DNA of 51,413 nt from Candidatus Hodarchaeota archaeon. Its GTDB lineage: Archaea; Asgardarchaeota; Heimdallarchaeia; Hodarchaeales; Hodarchaeaceae. This document shows positions 9,493 through 19,511 of the stretch, piece by piece. Position 1 is the first letter of the stretch, and each line of letters begins with the position of its first letter. Made by a program: the position numbers and the translations under genes. The stretch lies in contig JAHQWW010000017.1 in assembly GCA_029856365.1 (NCBI GenBank), positions 1 through 51,413 on the forward strand. The letters are read 5' to 3'. Under the pieces are notes generated by a model. It had not been told where the DNA came from. It saw only the letters and a list, made by a program, of their open reading frames with translations, and searched no databases.

Positions 9493-9564
9493 AAGAAAAT
9501 AGAAGAGCTTACGAAGGGTATCAATAAAAAAAGAAGAAAAAATAAGCAAGAAGGTGTGAAATAA

Positions 9565-9708
9565 ATGAGAAAGTATGCAAAGTCTGAAAAAATCAAAGAA
9601 AAAATTTGTCAGGATTTCTATCCAAATTGCAGATATTGCACATGCTTTTCGGAATGTTTCCCCGATAATGCATTAAACGATGTATTCTCTGAAATTCTTC
9701 TTCTATAA
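9565..9708 (+). CDS. Cys-rich 47-aa microprotein (MRKYAKSEKIKEKICQDFYPNCRYCTCFSECFPDNALNDVFSEILLL)
   Basis: Translated by hand (below the track cutoff); AAGGTG SD-like motif before the ATG; five Cys. Confidence 0.5.
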   Translation: MRKYAKSEKIKEKICQDFYPNCRYCTCFSECFPDNALNDVFSEILLL

Positions 9709-9877
9709 AAATCAGTATAAGTCGTTAAGAATAATACTTCCAATCAAACGTCGAACATCTCGTATGATATTCTCGACAGTGATCTATTGGCTGATTTTTT
9801 CTTCGAAACAAAATAAGAGGTCTTTATTTCACTAAATTATCAAAATCTAAAAGTTATCATGAAGAAGATGAATCATC

Positions 9878-10066
9878 ATGTCCTTTCAAGACAAGCATAG
9901 TAAACAATTAACAAATCTGAAAAACCAAAAGGAGGAATTATGCCCTGTTTGTAAGTCCAATATTTGCATATGCTCAAATCCCAACTATGAACAGTATAAA
10001 AATTGTTTGACATTGTTTAGGCGTAGAGCTAAATCAAAGTCTTGGCTTATGCATCTATTAAGATAA
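9878..10066 (+). CDS. Cys-rich 62-aa small protein (CPVC...CIC...C)
   Basis: ORF track; CPVCKSNICIC motif suggests metal binding. Confidence 0.5.
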   Translation: MSFQDKHSKQLTNLKNQKEELCPVCKSNICICSNPNYEQYKNCLTLFRRRAKSKSWLMHLLR

Positions 10067-10208
10067 CAAAAAATCAAAGTTTAGAAAAATTCTATCGATA
10101 TCCTTCCTTTATAGACTATAGTACTGTTCCATCTAGGTTCTTGTAGAACCAAGCCTTAACCAGGGTCAAAAATCCAATTAACCACGAAATTATGAATGTG
10201 GATAACGA

Positions 10209-10514
10209 ATGATTCACGAATTAAACCTTATTAAAAATCACTATACAAAAGATTACCTTCTTAAAGACCTATTAATTTTTGCTTTTGCATTTATACCTGA
10301 TCTCATCCTTATATACGGAATTTCACACCTTTTAGAAAAATATAAGCTTTTAATTTACGTTGATTACCTATTAGCTTCTACATTTGCTTTTCTAAACTTG
10401 CATTCTGCTTCAGAAATCATACCCTTAATCATATTCAGTATCTTCCCTTTTCTAATGCTATATTTTTCTATTATCGACAATTTGAAAGAAATATTATCAA
10501 AGATGGAGAGATAA
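10209..10514 (+). CDS. Small membrane protein (~3 TM), hypothetical
   Basis: Hydrophobic 101-aa ORF. Confidence 0.45.
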   Translation: MIHELNLIKNHYTKDYLLKDLLIFAFAFIPDLILIYGISHLLEKYKLLIYVDYLLASTFAFLNLHSASEIIPLIIFSIFPFLMLYFSIIDNLKEILSKMER

Positions 10515-10649
10515 CACAGATATATTGAGTCTTTCACACCTATTGGAGTAACAATCAACAAAGATAGGAAAAAGTTCCATCAACTAGGAAGGAAATTCCA
10601 AATTAGACTTATATTTCATAGTAGTAGTTCTCTAATTGAATCCAGGGAG

Positions 10650-11465
10650 CTATAAAAACCAGGTTTTAAGTAGGGTTAAAAAACCGAGCCCAATGGTAGT
10701 GAAACCCATAAGTGAACTTAATTTTTCTATAGGTAGATGTTTCACTGTGATTACTGCAAATGGAACTGAAGCTAAGGCCCCTATCAAAAGGTAGAATGTA
10801 ATCTTAATATCTAAAGCGGATCCCCCAGCAAGGAAATAGATCATCAGTGCTGAAATGCAGACTACAGCCTCTGAAAGAGATGTTGAGGCAACTGCTTCCT
10901 TAGGATTGCGATTCACGATAATTTGTCCTGAAGAGACCAACGGACCATACCCTCCACCACTTAAACCTTTGTTAAATGCTGCAAGAAGACCAATTCCCCA
11001 AATTCGATACCATGAGAATTCCCATCTGAATTTTAAGAGAACTAGTATTCCTATAATCGTTACCAGAATCCCAATATATGTTTTGACAAGAATATTAGGA
11101 ATATTTAATGCGACTAAGGCTGCTATTGCACCTCCTATGACTCCGCACCCTGATAAAATTAATGAAATTTTAGAATCGTTTGAGAAAAAGAAAATATCTT
11201 TAAGACTACCGTTTTTTAAATCTATTTTTGCTTCAAAATTTGCATTACCTACAAAATGATGAAGAAAGGCAGAAGAAAAACCAGACCATATTTCAGTGAA
11301 CAATACAGCGGGGACTATTATCTTGTTCTCAAATCCGAAAATAAGAAGTATCGGAACAAGAATTGTTCCATAACCCCCACCTAGCGCTGAATCAATATAT
11401 TCGCATAATAATGCTATTAGAATTAAAAAAATTCCGAGACTAATCAGTTCAGTGTAGGGATCCAT
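10650..11465 (-). CDS. TauE/SafE-family sulfite exporter
   Basis: Repeated DSALGGGYGTILVP and KGLSGGGYGPLV motifs, ~8 TM. Confidence 0.88.
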   Translation of the reverse strand: MDPYTELISLGIFLILIALLCEYIDSALGGGYGTILVPILLIFGFENKIIVPAVLFTEIWSGFSSAFLHHFVGNANFEAKIDLKNGSLKDIFFFSNDSKISLILSGCGVIGGAIAALVALNIPNILVKTYIGILVTIIGILVLLKFRWEFSWYRIWGIGLLAAFNKGLSGGGYGPLVSSGQIIVNRNPKEAVASTSLSEAVVCISALMIYFLAGGSALDIKITFYLLIGALASVPFAVITVKHLPIEKLSSLMGFTTIGLGFLTLLKTWFL

Positions 11466-11538
11466 TATTTAAATTCCTTTGTTGTTTTAATTAGTTAGGT
11501 TTTTTTTAGAAATACCGCATTCACTCAGAAAATTATAA

Positions 11539-11618
11539 TAATTAACAATTATTAGTTTTAATTAACAACTATTGATTTTAATTAACAATTATTAGGATTA
11601 TTTGGTAATTATTTAACT
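11539..11618. repeat. 20-bp-period tandem repeat TAATTAACAA(T/C)TATT(AG/GA)TTT x3 plus a degenerate 4th unit, candidate operator
   Basis: Seen directly; the unit matches the 9197 repeat at 18 of 20 positions. Confidence 0.85.
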
Positions 11619-11880
11619 TTTTTTCTATATCTATATTACTCCAGATGATTCCCCAAGGTGTTTAAGTATATCTTATAAAAAAAAATGATCTTTATAGCAT
11701 TGACTCTTGAGAATGATAAAAATAACATGGTTTTTTTTCATGAATTCGTTAATGAAGATGTTTCTGTATGATATTTTTTTGGATTGGATTTCACAGAGAT
11801 CGCTTACGTTCAGAAACGAGAATTTATTAAATCTAAACAAACGGGTCTTCATGAACATGAAACAGTGATGTGAATCCTCT

Positions 11881-13647
11881 GTGGAATCTAATGAATTAAG
11901 AAGGATTTTTTTTCAATTCTTCAAGGAAAAAGATCATGCTATCATCCCTTCAGCCTCTGTAATGCCTGAGAACGATCCTACAGTTCTTTTTACCACAGCG
12001 GGGATGCATCCATTACAACCCTATCTTAAAGGAGAACCTCATCCTGAAGGAAAACGATTAGTAAATTGTCAAAAATGTATCAGGACAGGTGATATTAATG
12101 AAGTTGGAGATCCATCTCATCTGACATTCTTTGAAATGCTTGGAAACTGGTCTTTAGGAGACTATTTTAAAAACGAAGCAATAACCATGAGCTGGGAATT
12201 TCTAACAGATCCTCGCTGGCTAGGGTTAGATCCTGAGAAAATCTCTGTGACTGTGTTTGCAGGAGACGAAGAAGTTCCCCGTGATGAAGAATCAGCAAAT
12301 GCTTGGAGAGAAGTAGGAGTCCCAGATGAGAGAATTTATTATCTTCCACGTGAGGATAATTGGTGGGGATTAGAAACGGGTCCTTGTGGTCCTGATACAG
12401 AAATATTCTATGATACAGGTAGAAAACCCTGTTCTAAAACGTGTAAACCTGGTTGTCATTGTGGAAAATTCTTTGAAATCTGGAATGATGTCTTCATGAG
12501 TTATAACAAGAAAGCCGATGGCACTTATGAAAAACTCAAACAACACAATGTCGATACTGGAATGGGGATTGAACGTACTGTTGCTGTTCTAAATGGAATG
12601 CAAAGCGTTTTTGAGATAGATTCTTATGCCCTATTAGTAAAAAGGGTAATGAAGCTTGCTCGAATTAAAGAACCACTGAATCCAGAACAAGAAAGAGCTG
12701 TCCGTATTATTGTTGATCATATTAGAGCTGCAACATTTATTCTAGGCGATGATAAACACCTTCCACCCTCTAATCTAGGACAGGGTTATGTATTAAGGCG
12801 ATTAATTCGTAGAATTATTCGTCAAGGAAATTTATTAAAAATAAAGCAACAATTTCTTCCAGAACTAGCCCAAAGAGTTATTTATTTTCACAAAGATGCA
12901 TATCCAGAGCTTGAACGGAATAAAGATTTCATCATGAATAATCTTACTCAGGAAGAACAAAAATTCTCAAAAGCATTACGTCGAGGCCTACGTAAATTCA
13001 ATCAAATCTTTAAAGAAAAGAAGATTATCACAGGAGAAGACGCTTTCCTCTTGTTCACCTCATTTGGTTTCCCACTTGAAATTACCACGGAGTTAGCTGC
13101 TGAGCAAGGTATTTCAATTGATATGGAAGTTTTTAGACAAGAATTTGAACACCATAGAGACCTTTCTCGAAAAGCTACTGCCGGAACATTCCAGAGTGGG
13201 CTTGCAGATCATTCTGCAAGGACAACACGCTTACACACTGCTACACACCTTCTTCAACAAGCTCTTCGAGAAGTATTAGGTGATCATATAGAGCAAAAGG
13301 GTAGTAATATTACTCCCGAAAGGACACGATTCGATTTTAGCCATCCTAAGAACTTGTCTACAAAAGAGCTGAAGAAAGTTGAAGACATTGTAAACCAGAA
13401 GATCAAAGAGGCACTTCCAGTTAGCAAAGAAATAATGAGTCCTCAAGAAGCAAAAGAGCAAGGAGCCTTAGGTTTCTTTGAGGATCGATATAAAGGTAAG
13501 GTCTCTGTGTATTCTGTGGGATCTTTTTCAAAAGAAATCTGTACTGGGCCTCATGTTAAGAATACACGGGAAGTTGGTCAATTCAAAATTCAAAAACAAA
13601 AAAATATTGGTGCTGGGGTGATACGGATCAGAGCGACTGTTGACTAA
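11881..13647 (+). CDS. alaS: Alanine--tRNA ligase, short form lacking the C-Ala domain
   Basis: DPTVLFTTAGM, QKCIR, HLTFFEMLGNWS, GPCGPDTEI, EIWNDVFM, DTGMGIER; editing motifs HTATH and CTGPH. Confidence 0.95.
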   Translation: MESNELRRIFFQFFKEKDHAIIPSASVMPENDPTVLFTTAGMHPLQPYLKGEPHPEGKRLVNCQKCIRTGDINEVGDPSHLTFFEMLGNWSLGDYFKNEAITMSWEFLTDPRWLGLDPEKISVTVFAGDEEVPRDEESANAWREVGVPDERIYYLPREDNWWGLETGPCGPDTEIFYDTGRKPCSKTCKPGCHCGKFFEIWNDVFMSYNKKADGTYEKLKQHNVDTGMGIERTVAVLNGMQSVFEIDSYALLVKRVMKLARIKEPLNPEQERAVRIIVDHIRAATFILGDDKHLPPSNLGQGYVLRRLIRRIIRQGNLLKIKQQFLPELAQRVIYFHKDAYPELERNKDFIMNNLTQEEQKFSKALRRGLRKFNQIFKEKKIITGEDAFLLFTSFGFPLEITTELAAEQGISIDMEVFRQEFEHHRDLSRKATAGTFQSGLADHSARTTRLHTATHLLQQALREVLGDHIEQKGSNITPERTRFDFSHPKNLSTKELKKVEDIVNQKIKEALPVSKEIMSPQEAKEQGALGFFEDRYKGKVSVYSVGSFSKEICTGPHVKNTREVGQFKIQKQKNIGAGVIRIRATVD

Positions 13648-14483
13648 ACATCGCTTGGTTTTATTAAAGGAATTCGCCAGTCTATATTGGGTGTTCTTAT
13701 TCCTAACTTGAAAATTAATGGGCCTCTCCGCTTATGTTCACTTTGATAAAGCTTTGATCGTATTTTCTGTACCTCTTCAATGGGAATCTGAAGATAATCA
13801 GCAACATCGATTTCAGTTTGAAATCGTTCAAACCCATACAAAATACTATCAAGTTGTGAATAAGACATACCAATCTCTGCTTCATCGGTTTGGCCCTTCC
13901 ATAAACCTGCTGATGGTGCTTTAGCAAGGATTGTTTCTGGTACATTCAAATATTTTCCAAGCTGAAATACATTGGTCTTATAGACATCCCCAATAGGTAG
14001 AATATCGGCAGCACCATCCCCAAACTTTGTAAAATAACCAATCATCAACTCACTTTTATTTCCAGCTCCACAAACTAAATAATTAAGTCTATTTGCGAAG
14101 AAATAGAGAACTGTTTGACGGACACGAGGTTTAAAGTTCGCCCATTCAATTAGTGATGGATCTTCTTTCTCTTGTATTTCTTCAGAGTAACTATTAATCA
14201 ATTTTTGAATATCAATTACGGTTAGTTTCACATTTAATTGAGAACAAAGTGATTTAACATCTTTTAGATCGGAATTTGGTGTCGTATCACTAGGTAAGAA
14301 TAACACAAAAACTTTTTCTACTCCCAAAGCACGGACAGCGATCGAAGCTACAACTGCAGAATCAATACCACCACTTAATCCAATTATTACTCCTTTAGCT
14401 CCCGCTTCGGACACACGGATTCTAATAAAATCTTTAATAAGTTTTATTGAGTGAGGAGCATCAATTGGAGGAATTTTGTTCAT
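13644..14483 (-). CDS. nadE: NAD+ synthetase (synthetase subunit)
   Basis: GLSGGIDSAV, NFKPRVR, GYFTKFGDG and PSAGLWKGQTDE motifs. Confidence 0.95.
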   Translation of the reverse strand: MNKIPPIDAPHSIKLIKDFIRIRVSEAGAKGVIIGLSGGIDSAVVASIAVRALGVEKVFVLFLPSDTTPNSDLKDVKSLCSQLNVKLTVIDIQKLINSYSEEIQEKEDPSLIEWANFKPRVRQTVLYFFANRLNYLVCGAGNKSELMIGYFTKFGDGAADILPIGDVYKTNVFQLGKYLNVPETILAKAPSAGLWKGQTDEAEIGMSYSQLDSILYGFERFQTEIDVADYLQIPIEEVQKIRSKLYQSEHKRRGPLIFKLGIRTPNIDWRIPLIKPSDV

Positions 14484-14500
14484 TTATTCGATCTCCATTA

Positions 14501-15328
14501 TTAAAGTTCTTGACTATCTTTTTCTAACTTAGAATAAATCCATGGTGGCACATCTCTAAGAGTAGGAACAAAAGGTCTAGCTGTGCGCACATCAGTATCC
14601 AATTGAGCAATCCCAAAGTCAGGTTCGTCATATTTAAGCTTTATCACTTGTTTTCCTGTAGCGTTTCGAACTTCAGATCCTCCCCAAAATACTAAATCAT
14701 CTTGGATTCCTGATTGATTGACATAAACCATATTGATTGTGTTTTCCATTGCACGCGCAGGTAAAAAAGATTCAAAATATTGTCTACGCACCCCAGGTGA
14801 TGCTGAAATACAAATACTTGTGTGTGCTCCTAATAAAGCGTGAGCTCGTGTAATTTCTGGACTAAATAGATCATAACAAATCTGTAATCCAATTTTCCCG
14901 AATGGACTTTCAATAACATTGATTGTTGTAGCACTTCTAAAATATCGTCTCTCATTAAAGACTGAATGATTAGGGATAAAAATTTTCCTGCCTTTCCCTA
15001 AGAATCCTTCTGGACCAAAAAATACAGCTGAATTGTATAATACACCTGGAACTGAAATCTCTGGTATGCCTATAACGAGATAACAATTATTTGTTTCAGC
15101 GATTTTTGTTATTTTCTTACTAAGTGGGCCTGTAGGTACCTCCTCTGCTAAATTGAATACATCATCATGCATGAGATATCCTGTAACTGCAAGTTCAGGG
15201 AAAACTACAATTGTATTAGGATTAGTAGTAACTTCTTTTCGTTGACAAATTTGTGAGATTTCCTCCAAGTTAGCATGAGGATCTGCCTGATGTGATTGTA
15301 TTTGAGCAGCAGCAATGTTAAATTTCAT
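14501..15328 (-). CDS. Carbon-nitrogen hydrolase (nitrilase family), probable stand-alone glutaminase partner of NadE
   Basis: E-K-C triad (FPEL, RKIFIPN..VFNERRYF, ICYD); ends 17 bp upstream of nadE. Confidence 0.85.
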   Translation of the reverse strand: MKFNIAAAQIQSHQADPHANLEEISQICQRKEVTTNPNTIVVFPELAVTGYLMHDDVFNLAEEVPTGPLSKKITKIAETNNCYLVIGIPEISVPGVLYNSAVFFGPEGFLGKGRKIFIPNHSVFNERRYFRSATTINVIESPFGKIGLQICYDLFSPEITRAHALLGAHTSICISASPGVRRQYFESFLPARAMENTINMVYVNQSGIQDDLVFWGGSEVRNATGKQVIKLKYDEPDFGIAQLDTDVRTARPFVPTLRDVPPWIYSKLEKDSQEL

Positions 15329-15353
15329 TTATATCACAAACAAGTATGATAAT

Positions 15354-16256
15354 TTAAATATACACGTCTTTCCTTAAATATTCACGTATTTTTCTATACC
15401 CAATAAGCTTTAACTTATGTTTTTTGATGCATTTCTTGATACGTTTGTCAGTAAATGCCATATAATCTTGGTTTCGCCATACTCCAGAATCAGGGGTGAT
15501 TGCTTCAAGTTCAGGACTCATTTTAGCAGGATGAAATAGGAAGTGTGTTAATCCAGGTTTAATCTCATCCATCCTGTCACAATAGTATTGTACTTTGTCT
15601 GGTTGTTCTCCCCCAGTATTGATGATAATCTGATCTAGTAATACAGTACCACTTGCTTCCAATTGAGGAAGTAGCTCCATATACATATCCGCATATTCAG
15701 CAAAACCCATATCAACAAGCTCTTTCCGTGATAAGCGGGGGATAAAAGCTGGAATTTTAAATTCGAAAGCTAGTGTCAGATATGCTTGTATAAATCTAGG
15801 ATCCAAAACTGTTCCCATATGAGTATCTATGTGAGTAACATCGATTCCATGGCCCAAAGCTCGTTGAATTTGTGTACGCATCTCTTTCTCGGCTGCTTCA
15901 GGTGCCACATGCATAATAGCTTCCTCTGCTGTTCTCCACAAACATCCTTCATCGTCTAATAAACCTGTTTTTTGATCAACAGTACTCAACGCTCGCCAAC
16001 GATATAGATCATATTCACAGGTAAGTGTGAGATGGACCCCCATGTCATAGTTGGGTTTATTTTTGCAGATTGATGCTGTTTCTAAAAACCATGGAGATGG
16101 AACAATAACAGAACCACAAGTTGCAACTCCAAAATCTAAGCATTCAAAAGAGCCTACATTTGATGCGTGTGAGAACCCCACGTCATCCATGTGAAAAATA
16201 ACAACTTTGTCAGTTGGAGAAAACCCTAGTTTTTCGATTAAATTTTGGTCACTCAC
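15354..16256 (-). CDS. ChbG/YdjC-family carbohydrate deacetylase
   Basis: HMDDVG, GVHLTL, THIDTHMG and FHP motifs. Confidence 0.88.
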   Translation of the reverse strand: MSDQNLIEKLGFSPTDKVVIFHMDDVGFSHASNVGSFECLDFGVATCGSVIVPSPWFLETASICKNKPNYDMGVHLTLTCEYDLYRWRALSTVDQKTGLLDDEGCLWRTAEEAIMHVAPEAAEKEMRTQIQRALGHGIDVTHIDTHMGTVLDPRFIQAYLTLAFEFKIPAFIPRLSRKELVDMGFAEYADMYMELLPQLEASGTVLLDQIIINTGGEQPDKVQYYCDRMDEIKPGLTHFLFHPAKMSPELEAITPDSGVWRNQDYMAFTDKRIKKCIKKHKLKLIGYRKIREYLRKDVYI

Positions 16257-16269
16257 ATTTATTCACCTA

Positions 16270-17031
16270 TTATTCTGTTATGAATTTGTATATTTCATTA
16301 TTCACAGCTAGAGGTTTTTCTTGAAACACGTAATGTCCTGCTTCAGGTATTATAGTAAGTTGAGAATTCTTTATATTTTTGTGTAAGAATGTTGAATATT
16401 TTAGGGGTGTCATCTGATCATCTTGCCCCACTATAATTAATGTTTTGTTAACAACCTTATGTAACTCTGAACGAACGTCAAAATGATCACAAATAATAAA
16501 ATCTTGAAGAAAGATCCTTCCTCCATTTTTTCTTAGAACTGTTTCATTATTGAGTTTGATTTGAGCAATGGTCCTTTTGTGAAATGCTAACCTCCCCAAA
16601 AGTTCCAAAAATCGGTCAAAATCTGCTTCTATTGCATCAAAAAATGCTGGGGCTACTTTCAGCTTAGCTCCAGTGCCAATCAAAATTAATCTATCTATTA
16701 TTGACCTAGGGTATTGTAAAACAAATTGAAGCGCTATGGCTCCACCCATTGAATGACCAATTAAGTTTACATTCTCCAATTTTTGATTGATTATTATTTC
16801 GTGAACTGTTTCCACATAATCGTCCATAATTAATGATTTAGAGGGAGAACTTTGTCCATGACTTGGGAGGCTAAGAGAGATAATCCCCCAACCGTGTTGT
16901 TGAAAAAAACTCTTTTGTTTTCCCCATTGAGTTTTATCTCCTCCAGCACCATGAATAAAGACTAGATTTGGAACATCAGGCTTTGTTGGAGAATAGTAAT
17001 TAAAATCGATATGAGTCATTTTTACATTCAA
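16270..17031 (-). CDS. Alpha/beta hydrolase
   Basis: FIHGAGG, GHSMGG nucleophile elbow, GQDDQMTP and AGH. Confidence 0.9.
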   Translation of the reverse strand: MNVKMTHIDFNYYSPTKPDVPNLVFIHGAGGDKTQWGKQKSFFQQHGWGIISLSLPSHGQSSPSKSLIMDDYVETVHEIIINQKLENVNLIGHSMGGAIALQFVLQYPRSIIDRLILIGTGAKLKVAPAFFDAIEADFDRFLELLGRLAFHKRTIAQIKLNNETVLRKNGGRIFLQDFIICDHFDVRSELHKVVNKTLIIVGQDDQMTPLKYSTFLHKNIKNSQLTIIPEAGHYVFQEKPLAVNNEIYKFITE

Positions 17032-17036
17032 ACCGG

Positions 17037-17867
17037 TTATTCACTAAGATCATCTGTTCTATCTCTCCCCTTCCAAGGTGAGGAATTCCATTTTGCTGGT
17101 CGTTTTTCTAAAAAGGCGTTTAAGCCTTCTTTTCCTTCATCAGAAGTCCGTTGTTCAGCAATTTGTGAAATACAATATTTTCGTAATTCTTGAAATTCAG
17201 TGTCACGATTTCGTACTAACAATTGTTTAATCCTCGTCATTGCAGTGGGGCCACTTATCAATATTTGATCAAGGATATCTGCAATTTTCTGATCCAACTC
17301 GGTAATATCATTAGCAAGTTCGTGAATTAAACCAATTTCATGAGCTTTAATAGCATTAAAGCGTTCACCAGTTAGAAAGAATCGAGCTGCATTAGAAAAA
17401 CCAATTTTAGGGATTACATATGGACTAATCACCGCAGGAAGAATTCCAAGATTAACTTCAGAAAAAGCCATTTTTGCTGTTTTCACTGCTACTACTATGT
17501 CACATACAGAAATTAATCCAATACCACCTCCAAAAGCAGCACCATTAATTCGTCCTATAACAGGTTTTGGAGTGAGATATATTGTATTAAATAATTGTTC
17601 TAAACGATAAGCATCTTCATGGTTCTTCTCATAACTGAAATCTTTACTTGCCTGCATGTATTTTATGTCTGCACCTGCTGAAAATGATTTCCCTTCACCT
17701 GTCAGAACAATGGCTGTAACAGTAGTATCATTCCCTAAGTATTTGAATATAGCAGTTAATTCCTCAATCATTATTGTATTAAATGCGTTATGGACTTCTG
17801 GACGGTTTAAATTCACAATTGCAACGTGATTAATATCTTCTCTAATAATTGTTTCGTATGATTTCAA
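17037..17867 (-). CDS. Enoyl-CoA hydratase, probable methylglutaconyl-CoA hydratase (LiuC-like)
   Basis: LNRPEVHNAFN, FSAGAD, GAAFGGGIGL and FSEVNLGILPAVISPYV; adjacent to the MCC beta gene. Confidence 0.88.
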   Translation of the reverse strand: MKSYETIIREDINHVAIVNLNRPEVHNAFNTIMIEELTAIFKYLGNDTTVTAIVLTGEGKSFSAGADIKYMQASKDFSYEKNHEDAYRLEQLFNTIYLTPKPVIGRINGAAFGGGIGLISVCDIVVAVKTAKMAFSEVNLGILPAVISPYVIPKIGFSNAARFFLTGERFNAIKAHEIGLIHELANDITELDQKIADILDQILISGPTAMTRIKQLLVRNRDTEFQELRKYCISQIAEQRTSDEGKEGLNAFLEKRPAKWNSSPWKGRDRTDDLSE

Positions 17868-17891
17868 TGTAGGTTCCTCGTTTCTTAGTGG

Positions 17892-19511
17892 TTACATTCT
17901 AAAAACACCAAAATTAGTATCAGATATTGGAGCGTTTAATGTTGCAGAAATACAAAGAGCTAATACAATTCTCGTGTCTGCAGGATCGATTATTCCATCA
18001 TCCCACAATCGAGCAGTAGAATAATAAGCTGAACCCTCTCTTCCATATTTCGCAAGAATGGGTTCCATGATTTTCTTCCGCTCCTCTGGGGAAAGCTTTT
18101 TGCCTTGAGCTTCGTATTGGGCTTCTTTAACAGTTGCTAAGACGTTTGCTGCCTGTTCACCACCCATAACTGATATTCGCGCGTTAGGCCACATGAAGAG
18201 AAAGCGGGGAGAATATGCTCGTCCTGCCATTCCATAATTTCCTGCTCCAAAACTTCCACCAATTATAACGGTTATTTTCGGCACTTGAGTATTACTTACA
18301 GCCATAACCATTTTAGCTCCATCTTTTGCAATCCCTCCTGCCTCAGCATCGCTACCCACCATGAATCCAGTGATATTTTGTAGAAATATCAAAGGTGTTT
18401 TCCTTTGAGAGCAGAGATTAATAAAATGTGTTCCTTTTAAAGCACTTTCAGAAAAAAGGACTCCATTGTTTGCTAAAATGCCCACAGGATACCCCATAAT
18501 TCGTGCAAAACCGCAAACCAACGTTGTTCCATAGAGAGGTTTAAATTCATGGAAGTTAGAACTATCAATCAAGCGGACAATGATCTCATGGACATCATAT
18601 GCCTTTTTAGGATCTTTAGGAAGAATCCCATAAATTTCATTAGCAGGATAAAGAGGATCTTCAGGAGAACGGATATCTAGTTGTGTCTTAGGTGGTAAAT
18701 TAAGATGTTCAATTATTTCGCGTGTCAAATGAAGAGCATGTTCATCATTCAAAGCGTAATGATCAGAAACTCCTGAGGTACGACAATGAACATCTGCTCC
18801 TCCTAGTTCATTAGCTGTGATTTCCTCTCCTGTGGCAGCTTTAACAAGAGGAGGACCCCCTAAAAAGATAGTTCCAGTACCTTTAACAATCACTGTCTCA
18901 TCAGACATTGCAGGAACATAAGCACCCCCAGCAGTACAAGAACCCATTACCGCGCTTATCTGAGGTATCTTTTTCGCTGACATCTGAGCTTGGTTATAAA
19001 AAATTCTACCAAAATGCTCTTTATCAGGGAATACATCTGCTTGTAGAGGTAAGAAGGCACCACCAGAATCAACTAGGTACACACATGGCAATCGATTTTG
19101 TTCAGCAATTTCTTGAGCACGAAGATGTTTTTTCACGGTCATAGGATGATAAGTTCCGCCCTTAATTGTTGCATCATTTGCTATGAACATAATCTCCCGT
19201 CCACCTACCAATCCGATCCCCGTAACGATCCCTGCGTAAGGACAGGCATTATCGTACATATTATATGCCGCAAGTGGGCTTAATTCCATGAATGGAGTAT
19301 CAGGATCCAAAACCATTTCAATTCGTTTTCGAGCAAGGATTTTTTCTCGCTGAAGATGCTTTTCAATGGCCTTGGGATTACCTGCCCTCACCTGATCACA
19401 AATCTCACGATATTCTTGAAGTATATTTTGATAATGTTCATAATTTTCTTTAAACTCTTTTGAATCACTTACAACTTTACTTTTAATGACCACCATACAA
19501 GAACCAACCAT
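17892..19511 (-). CDS. Methylcrotonyl-CoA carboxylase beta (carboxyltransferase) subunit, LiuB-like
   Basis: [51 protein letters not shown] and [11 protein letters not shown] motifs. Confidence 0.93.
   Translation of the reverse strand: MVGSCMVVIKSKVVSDSKEFKENYEHYQNILQEYREICDQVRAGNPKAIEKHLQREKILARKRIEMVLDPDTPFMELSPLAAYNMYDNACPYAGIVTGIGLVGGREIMFIANDATIKGGTYHPMTVKKHLRAQEIAEQNRLPCVYLVDSGGAFLPLQADVFPDKEHFGRIFYNQAQMSAKKIPQISAVMGSCTAGGAYVPAMSDETVIVKGTGTIFLGGPPLVKAATGEEITANELGGADVHCRTSGVSDHYALNDEHALHLTREIIEHLNLPPKTQLDIRSPEDPLYPANEIYGILPKDPKKAYDVHEIIVRLIDSSNFHEFKPLYGTTLVCGFARIMGYPVGILANNGVLFSESALKGTHFINLCSQRKTPLIFLQNITGFMVGSDAEAGGIAKDGAKMVMAVSNTQVPKITVIIGGSFGAGNYGMAGRAYSPRFLFMWPNARISVMGGEQAANVLATVKEAQYEAQGKKLSPEERKKIMEPILAKYGREGSAYYSTARLWDDGIIDPADTRIVLALCISATLNAPISDTNFGVFRM

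Noticed and set aside
9197-11618. 20-bp repeats as a CRISPR array
   Set aside because: The units are contiguous with no unique spacers, there are only 2-4 copies, and no cas genes are present.
11673-11858. 61-aa ORF upstream of alaS
   Set aside because: Low-complexity AT-rich translation lying in the divergent promoter region.
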